64,000 nucleotides of DNA from Tubiluchus corallicola (taxonomy: Eukaryota > Animalia > Priapulida). Shown in pieces: positions 12,100-24,500 of the stretch. Location: positions 626 to 64,625 of the forward strand of contig JAQGDQ010001081.1 in NCBI GenBank assembly GCA_030141605.1, written 5' to 3'. The notes below the pieces were generated by a model. That model saw nothing but the letters and a program-made list of their open reading frames with translations. It ran no database searches and was not told where the DNA came from. A program made the translations under genes and the position numbers. How positions within the stretch are numbered: the stretch's first letter is position 1; each line of letters opens with the position of its first letter.

Positions 12100-14889
12100 A
12101 ATAAATGTAATAAGTGTTAGATGAAAACGTGTTAATATGTGACTTGTATGCTAGTGTTCATTGTAATTGTTTATGTACTTTTTTCCAACTCTTAGCTTTC
12201 TTTTTAAAACCTTTATTACATTTGTGCTACAAATGTATAATATGTGTAACATTAATGTGCCTGTAACATTTGCATATTATAGTGATTTACAGTTTATTGC
12301 GATTTTATTCTGTTATGCATTAATTTGTAATGTTTACTTATGGTATGATGTTTGAAAATGAAATGGGAACAAAATTTTCTTCGTAATGTCCAGTTTGAGG
12401 AAGTAGGAGCTAAATGAAGTTTGTTTTTTGTTTATTTTAGAATTGTACACATGCATGATCCTGCAGATTATTCTTGAAGAAATTACAAGCAAGATTAAGA
12501 TTATAATTAATATAAATGGGTGTTTTCTGTCACTCGTGAAATCATGTTAAGTGATATTGAGGCACACCATTTCTTCTATATTTATTGTAGAATAGAAATC
12601 ATGTATCTCTTCTACTTCCTGCTCAGTAATAATAGTAATGGGAGTCTTTCACTGCTTGAGAGTATGGACTTTAGAAACTATGCATTGGTAGTATGAAAAC
12701 TACCAGTACTTCACAATTCTCATATTTTTCTGCTTGTAGGTTATAAGGTTTGCATGATAAATTAGTTGATGCATTTCTTAATTAAAAATTGGTCGTTATG
12801 CTTGGCAATAAAATTCAGGATGAAAATGTAATAGATAGCTGGCTGTTTTAGGTAGCGATTTTCATGTCTTCAAAATTCGTAATAATTAATATATTAATTT
12901 TATTTTTTTGTTTAAAGATTGTGTACAGAAAGATTATATGGAACAGAAAGCATTAAATAAATCTGCAGCTGGTTATTGCACATGCAGTCATCATGCATTT
13001 GTTATTTCTACTCTCTATAATGTCTGTAGCTAATACGGTTACCAGAAGAGACAAATCATCAATATTAATTTTTCTATATGCAATAATATTACATACAGTG
13101 CTGTGAATAATGGAACTTAATTAATTATGTTACAAATAATACAGGGAAGAACGCACGTAGTGAAAACTGGGCAATTTATGCAGTATTATGCTGCCAGGGT
13201 GTGCTATTCCTATACGTGTAAGCTTTTAGTACAAAGAATGTAGAGACTTTATTATGCAGCTTAACAAGATGTGATGTAAGGTAACTGATTCTGCAAAAAG
13301 TTCTAAGTTGAACTTTTTTAGCGGCAGAGGGCGCGGTGCAGCAACAATTTTCAACAGTGGCGGGAACACGTGCACCAAATAGAACTGTTTCTGTATTACA
13401 TTAACGTGTCATTACCTATCGTTCAGGAATTCACGTTTCTGGCAAGTTTTGTTTTAATTAATTCAGTTAAAAAAAATAATACTCATTTTCCCCACATCGA
13501 GGGAATATTTTTGTGTTTTTAAGTACTCATTAGCTGTTTTGTGCAATCATACGATAAACCATAATTAATTCAAGTTCCAGATTTACTATAACTAGTTTGT
13601 TAGATCCGTTTGAGGTGTTAAAAAATATTACACTTTCGCACCTCCTAGTTTTTAAGCTAGGGTTTTTGTGCCAGAGTTGCTACGCTAACCTGTATATAAT
13701 CGAAACTTACCCAAAAACCCTGCCTTACATTTACAAATGTAATGTAAACTAGAACTAGAACTTAGAAGCAAATTCATGTGTAACCGCATTTCAGTTTAGG
13801 CTCTTAATATCTTTCTACTGAAACAAGCTTCACATTTACTTAGTGTTATTTTGATATAGGATCAAAAATTCAAGCGTAAAAAATTCAAAGAAATGAAAAT
13901 TAATAGCATTTCAAAAAACAAGTTACATAACTTTCTCAGTCTTGCTCTTACTTAATCATCAGTTAACGAATAACTAACATTTCTTGTAATCCTGTGCCTG
14001 TTAAACTTACAAATGACGTATCTGTAAAGGCTTTTATATAGGTTATACCTGCTAGCCAATCAGTGTTTGGTTAATGCCATTGTTTTTATTATAAATGTAC
14101 TTATGATTGTAATGTTTCTAATCAAATAAAAACATTGTTTAAACTAAAGAAAGAAAATTATAAACAGCTGCCATTTCTTCAGCCGGTTTTTAAGAGCTTG
14201 TTGTATATACAGGTTGTGCTGTTGTAAAATTATTTTGAAAATTTCTGCAATGCATTTCAATCCTATAAAATATCTCCGAACAAGGAAAATTCATCACCGA
14301 CTGGCAAATTTGGATGCCATTGTGGGATAGGTGTGCCTGTCTCAACATATTTTGTCTTTGTGAGCTTTTCCAATTTGCAGGGATGAGTTTTCCTGGTCTT
14401 GCATTGCAAAGTTTTACACAATTTTTACCAGGTTGTGTGCAATTTTAATTTCACATTACAGTCAGTACTAATCAATTATTGTGGAGTTATTTACTTAATA
14501 ACATAACAGTTTAAGTTTATCTCTACAGTTTAACTCAATGGTTATCTCCAAAGTATCCATTTCACTTTTTCGATCTGTATCTGATCTGCTTAAAACTAGA
14601 TATTGTATAGTGGACTGCCTACTTGCCCACTGACTTTATGTGTAAGGATCACTAACTTGCTGTTGCGCGTAGTCCTGTAAGTAGATTTTTGTCTAATAAG
14701 AATGTCCTTGAAAAGAGCAGATGGTGACATAGCTGAAGAATACAACTTTGTACCAGTTGGTGAAGCTTATTTATATCACTTGTAGTATTGAGTAGCTTTG
14801 ATAAACATTTAACATTTTTTAGTGCCAAAAATAGACATAACCAGAAAGAAGACATACATACAATTTCAATTATGAAATATGGCAGCACT

Positions 14890-15420
14890 ACAAACAAACA
14901 TTTATTGATAAAACAAATACATTCTAAAAACGATTAGTGTTAAAAATAGATTGTCACTTAGTTGATTTTATTTTCTGTTATATGATCATTACACATTATA
15001 TTGTATGTCATGTTTTAAAACACTTTTTCAACATAATCAATAAATACCTTTATTTACTTCTAAATCACTTCTTCCCATCATAAAAACAAAAAAATTTCAG
15101 CATCGTTCATAAGAAAAAATTCCGGTATAATTGTACTGATGCGGTTATATAATTTTCCTTCAAGATCATTGTAATAACATTTTATAACAAAGTGTAATTC
15201 ACTTTTTATTTCATTTCTTAAACAGTATGAGCATGTACGATTCTCAGCTGGGATTTTCGTAGGTTCAACGTATCTCCCTCTTTCAATACACAAATTATGC
15301 ACAATACACAAGTTGAATCTCAGTTTTGTAAATTTGGCTATAGCGCATTTGGAATAGCCAGAAAATAAACAGCTTCTAGTTGATATTGTCTTTTTAAGGT
15401 TTGATAGATATTTTTGGTAA
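14890..15420 (-). mobile_element. 3' fragment of a non-LTR retrotransposon (C-terminal Cys/His zinc-binding region plus tail)
   Basis: HNLCIERGRY...ENRTCSYC...EIKSELHFVIKCYY matches the LINE ORF2 C-terminal pattern; AATAAA followed by TGTTTGTTT on the minus strand near 14893-14905. Confidence 0.75.
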
Positions 15421-16844
15421 TTAAGTATTGGAAACCTAAGCCATATTTTATATTCATGACAATTTGGTCAAATTGATTGCATTTACATTAAATAGTCAAG
15501 ATTGACTCCACAATATGTCATCATCTCCATTTCATGCTGTTTTTGCTTTTAAAATAGTTACAAAATGCTATAGAAACTAAGATTGATACACAATTCTAAA
15601 TTTTTACAGCACTTACAGCAATGCAAATTTTCCATCATAAATTCAGGCCCAATTTCGAGATACTATCAAGACACAAATGTACTGGCACACAGAATGCACA
15701 TTTTCATCAACCGAACCGAACCAAATTTTAACTGAAGAACCTGTACTGCCAAACGAAATTCCAAATAAATTACCAAGTTAAATTGTAATGCCGACCCGAT
15801 TTTTTTTACTAAAACTGAATCGAATTTTCTTGTAATTTCAATTGTAAAGAATTATAAACTCTAAAATGTTTTATCGTTTTAAGTTAATGGTGATTAGTAA
15901 GCAGTGTAAAATTGTTCTGATTACTAAATCTGTGTTTGTGTTTAATGGTTGTAGTGAAGCATTAAGTAGTAAAGTAAAGTAATCAACAAAAACAGTGAAT
16001 AAGCAAAACTGCAATAGTATAATTGTTTACTAGTTTGTGTTCTCATTGATTTATTTCGTTGTGTATAAGCTAACACAGTACTGCCACACTGCGATGCTAC
16101 TGCACATTGACACGACTTGCATACTGCTGGTGCATCGTATTCTTCGAGTTATCATGTGCACAGAAAGCAGAGTGTCGGCTGGTGTACCGTGTTTACTATC
16201 AGTTTTTTAGACAAATTTTTATTAGCATTATATGTAAATATTCGGTTTGTCTAATATAAGTTTCATTGAATGTAACAATTATCAAAAAAGAAACTTCATT
16301 ATACAAAAGGTTCACCAAACCTTTAGTGACTACAACCAAAGTTGACCAGACCGGACTTTTATGTATTCGAGAAAAAATATGGTGGTCCGAATATTTGGTG
16401 AGTCCCTATGATTACATTCATATAGTTTTAGTTTGGGAGGAAAGGTATATTGGAGATTCTGGACAGGATCAAGGTTCGGGTCGGGATTAAACAAGATAAG
16501 AGTTTAGGGCGCGGATTCATGTACTAACTTACGACAGTTTCATTATCTTAAGTGGGGTTTAGGCGCCAGGAAATATTTTTATCTAATTCATGTAGATGTC
16601 TATTCTCCTTAGTCGTGACTAGCTCCGACTTTGAAAGTTAAGCAGAATTCAAGTAGACGTCTTGACGTCTCCAAGCGCACTCATTGAATTTGATTAAACC
16701 AAATTTTGTCTCAGATGCGCATCTAACTTTACGACACCTTGGGAGCTGCCATAACTGGTTGAGTAGTGTTGGTTTTACTACGTCCCAAAACCATATTGGT
16801 CTGTATTTTGGAAATACTGTAATTACGAGAGCTACTTAAAGTTA

Positions 16845-17340
16845 ATGTTCTTCTTCTCTTCTCCTTTTCCTTTTTCTTTTTTTCCCTTTCTTTTATTTTC
16901 TTTCCTTTTGTTGTCTTCTTTTTTCCTTTCTTTATTTTTTTTCATTTTTTCCCTTTCCGTTATTTCCCTTCTTCTTCCTCTCCTGTCGTCTCCTTTCCTT
17001 TTTGTTCCTCTCTTCTCAACTACTTTTAAGCTCCTTCTCTTCCCTTTCCTTCCCTTGCCATACCCTGCCATCCCTTCCTTTGTCTTTGCTTCTTTTTGCT
17101 TCGGTCTTCTCTCCTTTCTTCTCAACTACTTTTGAGCTCCTCTCTTCACTTCCTTTTCCCTTCCCTTTCCTTCCCTTTCATCTCTGTTATATCCCTTCCC
17201 TCGTCTTTGCTTCTTTTTTCATTTTTCTCCTCATGTCCTCTCATCTTATTTCCTCTCCTCTTCTCCTCCCCGTCTCTGCTGTTCTTTTTCATTCTGCTCT
17301 TATTTCCTTGTTTCTCTACTCCTCATCTCGCCTCTCTTAC
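16845..17340. repeat. Polypyrimidine/polypurine low-complexity tract with an internal duplication of about 107 bp
   Basis: About 500 bp almost entirely C/T; tcttctcaactactttt(a/g)agctcct at about 17011 and about 17118. Confidence 0.9.
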
Positions 17341-18393
17341 ATGAATAAGGTTTGTGACGCTGTCTTGGAGGTTCCATAAGACAATGCACTGAAGTGCATA
17401 AATTTACAACTGTGCATGATTCTACTTCACTTTACATCATGTATTTCAATATGCTAAGCAAATGTAATCCCTTTGTTATAAAATTTAAATATTTGTTAAA
17501 TGGAATAATAATACATACTGACTAAGCAGCATTAGGTGCTTGAGCGAATTTTAGTTAAGAAAGATTGTAGTAGCAGTGAGACGAAAATCTTACAAATCTA
17601 TTGTACGGCTGTGTCATTCTTTTATGTATTTTTCGTAAATTGTTCCAACATTATTGTCAAGTCCCATACCAACAGAATAATTTAGTCACTTTTACAGATG
17701 GCTGAATGAACGAACTCTCTGTGTAGTATACGTGCCAGGAAACGATAATTATGCTAAGACTTCAATCTACTTACAAAATAAATAGCAGTTGATAATCATG
17801 CGATGCAGCTGTGGTTACTAAAATGTAAGTAATAAATATATTATCACAAAATTTGAATGACGAATGACTTGTTAAATGGCTTATTTTTCTCTATATGCCC
17901 CAAAAACTTAAATAAAGGTTGTTTTTTCAAATGTTATAAACTTAAATGTTAAAGTTCATGGTTTGAATTGGGATAGGATAAGAAGTTCAGGTGGTGCTGA
18001 AAGTTTAGGAATGGAGCTCAGGTTTTAAGAAAAATTTCAAATCGAGGTTCTGGTGTCTCGATCGTGGCGACCACAATCCTGAACACCCTTTAGGATTCAG
18101 CGTAGGAGTGCTGCTAGAACAGAATCCATGTCGTATATAAAAGGTTATTCATACAAAGCTACCTTGTATGGATTCCACATAAAAATGGTCACTCTTGTGC
18201 TGTTCATTTTGCAAATGAGATTTGATAATAATTACCGTTTCAGTGTAAATTATACAATACACATGTGACAGTACTAATTCAGTACTGACTGAATTGCTAT
18301 GTCACATTAGGTTAAACATTGTTTTAAGCCTTAAATTTAGTTTTAATCCAAGATTAATTTTTTGTGGCGTAAATAAACATTTTATTTTGCAAG

Positions 18394-18560
18394 ATGGAAG
18401 AAGTTTCGAATTTGGCATCACTTCGAGTCGATAGCAATGATGAATTGAAGCTAGAAGGTCTAATACATACTATTTTAAATACCAATTATGAAGATGCATC
18501 ACGAGCTTGTAACTCGCTTGTCTTTACACTTCTCAATGCTTCTAATGATGAAGGAGAAAA
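18394..18560 (+). CDS. Gene 2 probable first coding exon
   Basis: ttttgcaag ATG GAA GAA...GAA AA|gtaagt; MEEVSNLASLRVDSNDELKLEGLIHTILNTNYEDASRACNSLVFTLLNAS. Confidence 0.75.
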
Positions 18561-21500
18561 GTAAGTGTTTGTTGTTATTTACCTTTTATATGCAGTTTGG
18601 CACTCTGTGACTCTGCACTCTCTATCACTTTACTGGTGAACTCCTTAACTAGAAATAAGCCTTATTTCATTGTTAGCTGCAACCATATTGTGTTTGTGCA
18701 AGCAACTTTAGTAATATGTCTCTTTATAAGCATACTGCTGTCACAGTTTGATTAGATCTTTCATCGACTGGAGTTGGTAAATAGGCCTGGTCGATCCGAA
18801 CTAATGACTGGATTTTTTTAGGTTAATAGGTTGTTTCAACTGAAATCAAAACACTAGTTCTATCAGTAAACAGAATTACCTCTACCCAGAGCCCTGGGAC
18901 AACCCAACTGTTTTGATAGTAATCATTATCGAGGAATTGTCTTGTAGTAAAAGCTTTGCATTTTAACACCCAGCAGATCAACCGATCGGTTATCCTCAAA
19001 ACTTGTATACCTATAGGTGTATGTTCCTAGAAGCTTCTGTCACTGGCTGTTAATTAATTTAACTTTAATGTAATTATTGCTGACTTCATTTAAAGTTAAT
19101 CTTTGCTTTTTCCCCATATTCGATGTTGTCGATTTTGTAATTGTTTTTTTAGTTCTGATCACTCGTTGTACTAAAATTGTGTTACTATTAATAAATAAAT
19201 GTTTTAAAGATCCTTACATATGGGTTAGCAAAGTGTGACCACTTATTCCTATTGATTGATAGTCATGGTCATCCAGTCTTGGTTGCTTATAAATTCTGAT
19301 CAGTGACGGTGTAACAATATATTACGGCTTTGAAAAAGTAACTAGATTATTTTTACTTTAATGAATTACCTTATATTAACTTTTTTTAAAACTTGGAAAA
19401 TTTTAATTATACTACACAAGAAATTAAACATCAGTGTTATGTATGTTTTGAGCTGACACAACATAAGAAATGTTGACAAGTGTTTTTCGCCACTCATCTT
19501 CACTGTCCCTACAAAAATGGTTTATTAAATTTATAATTCACGTATCCTTTCATTCACATTTTAAGATCAACTGTCTAAGTTCTCGGCTTGCTAATATGAA
19601 GAAAAATTAAAAAAAGGCATGAGTAAGATATTCTCACAAGCTCCTATTCCTAAATGGTATTTTTTATTTCAGGGAAAAAACTGTTATACCGTTTTGCTTA
19701 ACCAGAAAACTGACAGATCATATTAACTCTATCATTGGTCCATTAGAGGAGAAGAATCCTCCATGGCATTTACTTCTGCTGACATGTCGTGTGTGTCAGT
19801 TAATTAGCCACCAAGTAGAAATTTTGTATGCTTATTTCGAAACAGAAGACTGGTAATTTATGCCGCAAATTTGTTCTTTAAATTAGTAATTAAATCTATA
19901 AACGAATCATAGTATAGAAAATGTTGAAACAGTGTACTATCATTTAACTATATGTGTTGTGAAAACAAGGCACATTATGCAATGCCAAAGCATAGCACTT
20001 TTAATTGCACATTTAATTATTGATGCTTGATAAATTAAATAGATTGTCTTTGTTTAAAAGATTATTCTATAAAAGTTCTCGCATGTTCTCGGATGTTTGA
20101 AGATTTTGTTTTACTATGATTTCTGTGGAAGCAAAACTCAAAAGTATATGTTATTTTTATACATGTAAACATTAAAAAAAATTGGAAGGATGTTTTTGAT
20201 GTGATAAATTCAGTTACGCTTGAATGTGAAATTCAAAAGCATCACCGAAGCCAAAATCTGATTGGGTGTGGAAACGTAGTTTCGACATTGCTGATGACTA
20301 TATCATGTTTAACAAATGATGAAAAGCATTGTACAGTCAAAAACAGGCTGCATTAGTTTTGGCATCACTGGTATCAGTAGCGCATTTAATAATGCACGCA
20401 CGTGTGCAGTAAAACACAAATAACAGCATACACCAGATTACACATCTCAGGTGACCAATAATACATGTATCAAGTAAGGAGGCAATCACTTAACAAACTG
20501 TAGCTGTATGGAAATTACGAGACCTGTACCATTAAGCTGTATGAACACCAAGGTGTCCACGGCCCAGTATTACTGCAAACAAATCTATGGTTTACTAATA
20601 AGCTGCTAGCCACCTATTTATGTTAATATATACATAGTACTTAATTAAAGGTAATAATTTTGCTAAATATCATAAAAACTATATTTAGTTTAGTTAACAG
20701 TTACAATCGTTTTCGAATATTTTTGCAATGATATTAATTGTCTGTATTACTACTGAACCCCACAAAAGCATTTCAAATAGACCCAGACTAACTTATTTGA
20801 GCATTGCTTTAGTTACGACTAGGCTTTTGTGCATATGAATGAAATGAATTTTTTCAGCAGTTTTCCATGTCTGCTACTCAACCACAGTGACAGAGCAAAT
20901 GGAACTGCAGTAGATTTCAATTTTCTTTCCCTTTCCAACATCATCTTAAGCCCCCGGTCTGCTCAGGCTCAAAACCATTGTTGGTAAAAGTACGGGGAAC
21001 AAACTCTGTCATGCTAGACCATTGCCACTTCTTTTCTCATCAATTGCACCTTACAATCCACTGTTCTCTTGCTGTCTTATCCTTTAGAAAATGTAAAAAT
21101 AGCCAGTCTTTCAGAAGCATTATTTGAGCTGCACTAGGAAACCTAGCAGTGAGACATTTAAAAATCTGAAGACCGAAAATTTACCCACGTTGCAATAATA
21201 AAACGGCACAGCGTGAGATACCAGTGACGTCACGCCAACACTTTCGCATTCTGTACTTCATTACATTACTAATATTTCGTCTATTGTAGAAAGTGTGTTG
21301 AAGTAGGTGTAAACAAAGCTATGATTCAAGCTTAACATTAAAAATGCCTTCATTATTGCTTTTTAACTTTTAGGGTACATTTAGCAGCCACGATGGGAAA
21401 GCTATTTATAACTATGACAAAGATGCACACTTCAGTTCATTTCAGACCAGATATCTTGGAAGAGATATTATATCTTCTTATTGCCGCTGCTCGGAATAGG

Positions 21501-24500
21501 TACGCAGAGTTATAACATATACAAGCGTAAGATATGTACTTCTCTTAATATATAAATTGGCGAACGCCATTCATTCAGCGATGTCCACCATACAAAATTT
21601 TTGCAACTAAAACAGTAAAACAGAAACATTATAATGATAAAACATTGTGCTTTAGTACTAGCAATGCTTCTGTTAGAAAAGCTAATGAAGTAGATTATTA
21701 GCTTTTCTAAACCAAAAAAAGACTTATGTACTTTGTTCTCATCTACCTCTAATCTTCATCTACTTTTACAGCATCTACATTTACTTTTCTTAGCGCCTGT
21801 TTGTTTCTACATCTGCTCTTTATGTAACATCTATTTTTGTAAATGAAATTAAAATCTTACTTGTAATTCATGAGTGCCACGATTGAGGTCATGTTGATGA
21901 TATCAGGAAAGGTAGGCTGTCATTTGCTATGGCTGTGTAACTGCTTCTTTCCATGAGCATTTACAGTGCTTTTGTTAGATAATTGTTCTTAAAATATTTA
22001 TATTATTTTTTTTACAAATACCTGTAAAAGATTATCAGGCATCTATTAAGAATATATTAATTATGTATATCATCTTAGTTAGCAAATTCAACTTTGTCAA
22101 CTTTTTCTTTGCAAAATGTAACAATGATCACTTTATCAGAAGCACTATTTAAGTCATTTAACAAGCAGCAATGATCAAAAAATGTGCATATAGTATATTG
22201 TCAAAAGTAGGTGCGGGTGGACAAAGCTATGATTTGAGGTAAACATTAAGAATGTATTCAGCGCATGTATTATTGCTTATGTCAGTCTTTTAGATTGGTC
22301 ATTCAATCTAGATTTTATGCAAAGGCACTAAGAGCTAATTTTATTACAGTACAACTAAAAAACTATCATTTCCCAACACGATTCTGCGACAATTAACATT
22401 ATTTTCATTGACACCCATGATACTGATATAATACACATATTCTTGAGTGAACTAATTGAGTATTTTGTTTATTGCAATGATTTGCTAGACAATTTTTTGC
22501 ATTCTGGTAAGTATGTAACAATACTACATTCTCTGGAATAACTTACAAATTCCTACTAAATGTGCACACATTCTTTACGTTTCTTTTCGGCCATGACTAT
22601 AGGTTTTATATTGTTGTGTGTTATATTTTTAAGGCCAGTGGGGCCAAGCAAATCAAGATTGCCACATAAATAATTAATATTAAAAGAAGCGAGGATGTGT
22701 TCTGGGGATCTGGAATATTCTATAGTATAGTAGAACAATCTTCTTACCTTGTAGAAGATTCGAGAACTTTCTATACGCGATGCGCATAGTAGTTTCTAGA
22801 TTGTTCATTTTGCACTGATGTTCATTTTGTCCGAGAGAAACAAAACACAACAGGATGTGACCTTAAACATGAGAATTAGGTGCCATTTGGCTTGTATATC
22901 TCCTAGACATAGGCCATTGAGGCCGAAGAAATCAAATTTGGCACTTTGGTAATACTAGTGAGGAAAAGGATATTTACAACTTCAGTAGTAGTAGCAGTAA
23001 TAATCTTTATTTTACCTTTTTAAAAACATTGACCATCACAATAAAAAAGACAGACAATCAGTGTTAGTTCAAATAAAAACATACACTGTTCAGGGCAAAT
23101 GCATCTGGTGTAAGCTAAACTATAAGTGCAAACTAAAAATTCACAAATAAAATATCAACTACAAACACACAATGCACTATGATAAAACTACATACATTAT
23201 TTTTCTTTCTTCTAATACACACTCATGCCCGCACGCACACACACATGCACGCACGCAAGCGCGCACACACACACACACACATACACACTCATACACATCA
23301 TATAATAGTTTAGTAAGGTCTCGGAAAAATGAAATCATGATTTGAGTAAATATCATCATGTTCGTGTGTCGGATATTCAAAAGGTGTAATTAAATGTTGT
23401 TTTAATTTAAACTTGAATATTGATAAAGTTGTATTGCTTGCTTAGTAATATAATTCTTTCCATATTGATTGTTCGTTCTAATGTTTCTTAAATTTAGTGT
23501 TCTGTTATTCATACAGGGGTTTTCGAAGAGTGGGAACTTATTGTTTTTGAAAGGAGAATTAATATTGTTGATATATTTATAGAGAAACAGGAGAGTTTGA
23601 TAATCTCTGTGGGCTGTGAGATGATATCAAAGAATGACCATTAACTAATCGTAAAGCATGGTTTTGAAGTACATTTAATTTGATGCATGGCTCTCTCTTC
23701 ACTTTTTTAACAGTATGCAGGCATATTAATAATGGGGGCAAAATTAAAGTTTTGTAGATTAGAATTTTTTTTTGTTTTGATAGCTGTCCTCTCATTTGTC
23801 AAAGGTACGGGGTACTTAATGCCATGTAAGCATAATGTGTCCAACTTAATGGCTAAGAAATTAACATCCAGTGACTGCACAATAACAGCATTTTCTATTT
23901 GCAGGGATATAGTAGCTGTATTTTCAGTATTGTTAATTGTTTGGGATAATACCACAAATTCCGTTTTATCACTTCATTTTTAGCTTGTAATAATTAAATG
24001 CCATGTTGATATTCTTTATGTCTTTTTCTAAGTACAGTTTTGTAATGCTGATATTCTCATGAGCCAGATAAATAGTCGTGTCATCTGCATATTGCGTAAT
24101 AATGTTGTAGAACATTAGAAATATTGTTGATGTAAAGGTTAAACAGTAGAGGTCCCAATAGTGTACCCTGTGGGATACCTCTTTGAAGGTTAGCCCAATC
24201 TCAGAAAGTTGTAGAGTTTATTTTAGCCTGCTGCTTCTATTTTGTAGGTAATCATTAATTAATTTTAATGCTTATTGTTCAAATCCAAGTTCTTTCAAAT
24301 TATCTAACAGTAGTGTGTGATTTAAACTGTCAAAAGCTTTACTTAAATCTAAAAAAGCTGCTGCCACATATTTGTTTTTATCAAGATTATCTTGCCAGTT
24401 TTTAGTTACGTTTATTATAGCATCGACAGTTGAATGTTTTTTCTAAATCCGAATTGGTGTTTCAATAAGAGTTAATTTGATTGACATATGTAATAATTTG

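Noticed and set aside
16620-16748. Small palindromic MITE
   Set aside because: Terminal complementarity is too short and imperfect to call
16832-17379. K/R/E-rich and F/L/S-rich ORFs
   Set aside because: Artefacts of the polypyrimidine tract
22619-22980. Solo-LTR-like sequence split by the LINE (with 29106-29390), and gag(a)attaggtg as a TSD
   Set aside because: No clear TG...CA ends with a TSD, and the shared 11-mer is about 100 bp from the LINE tail
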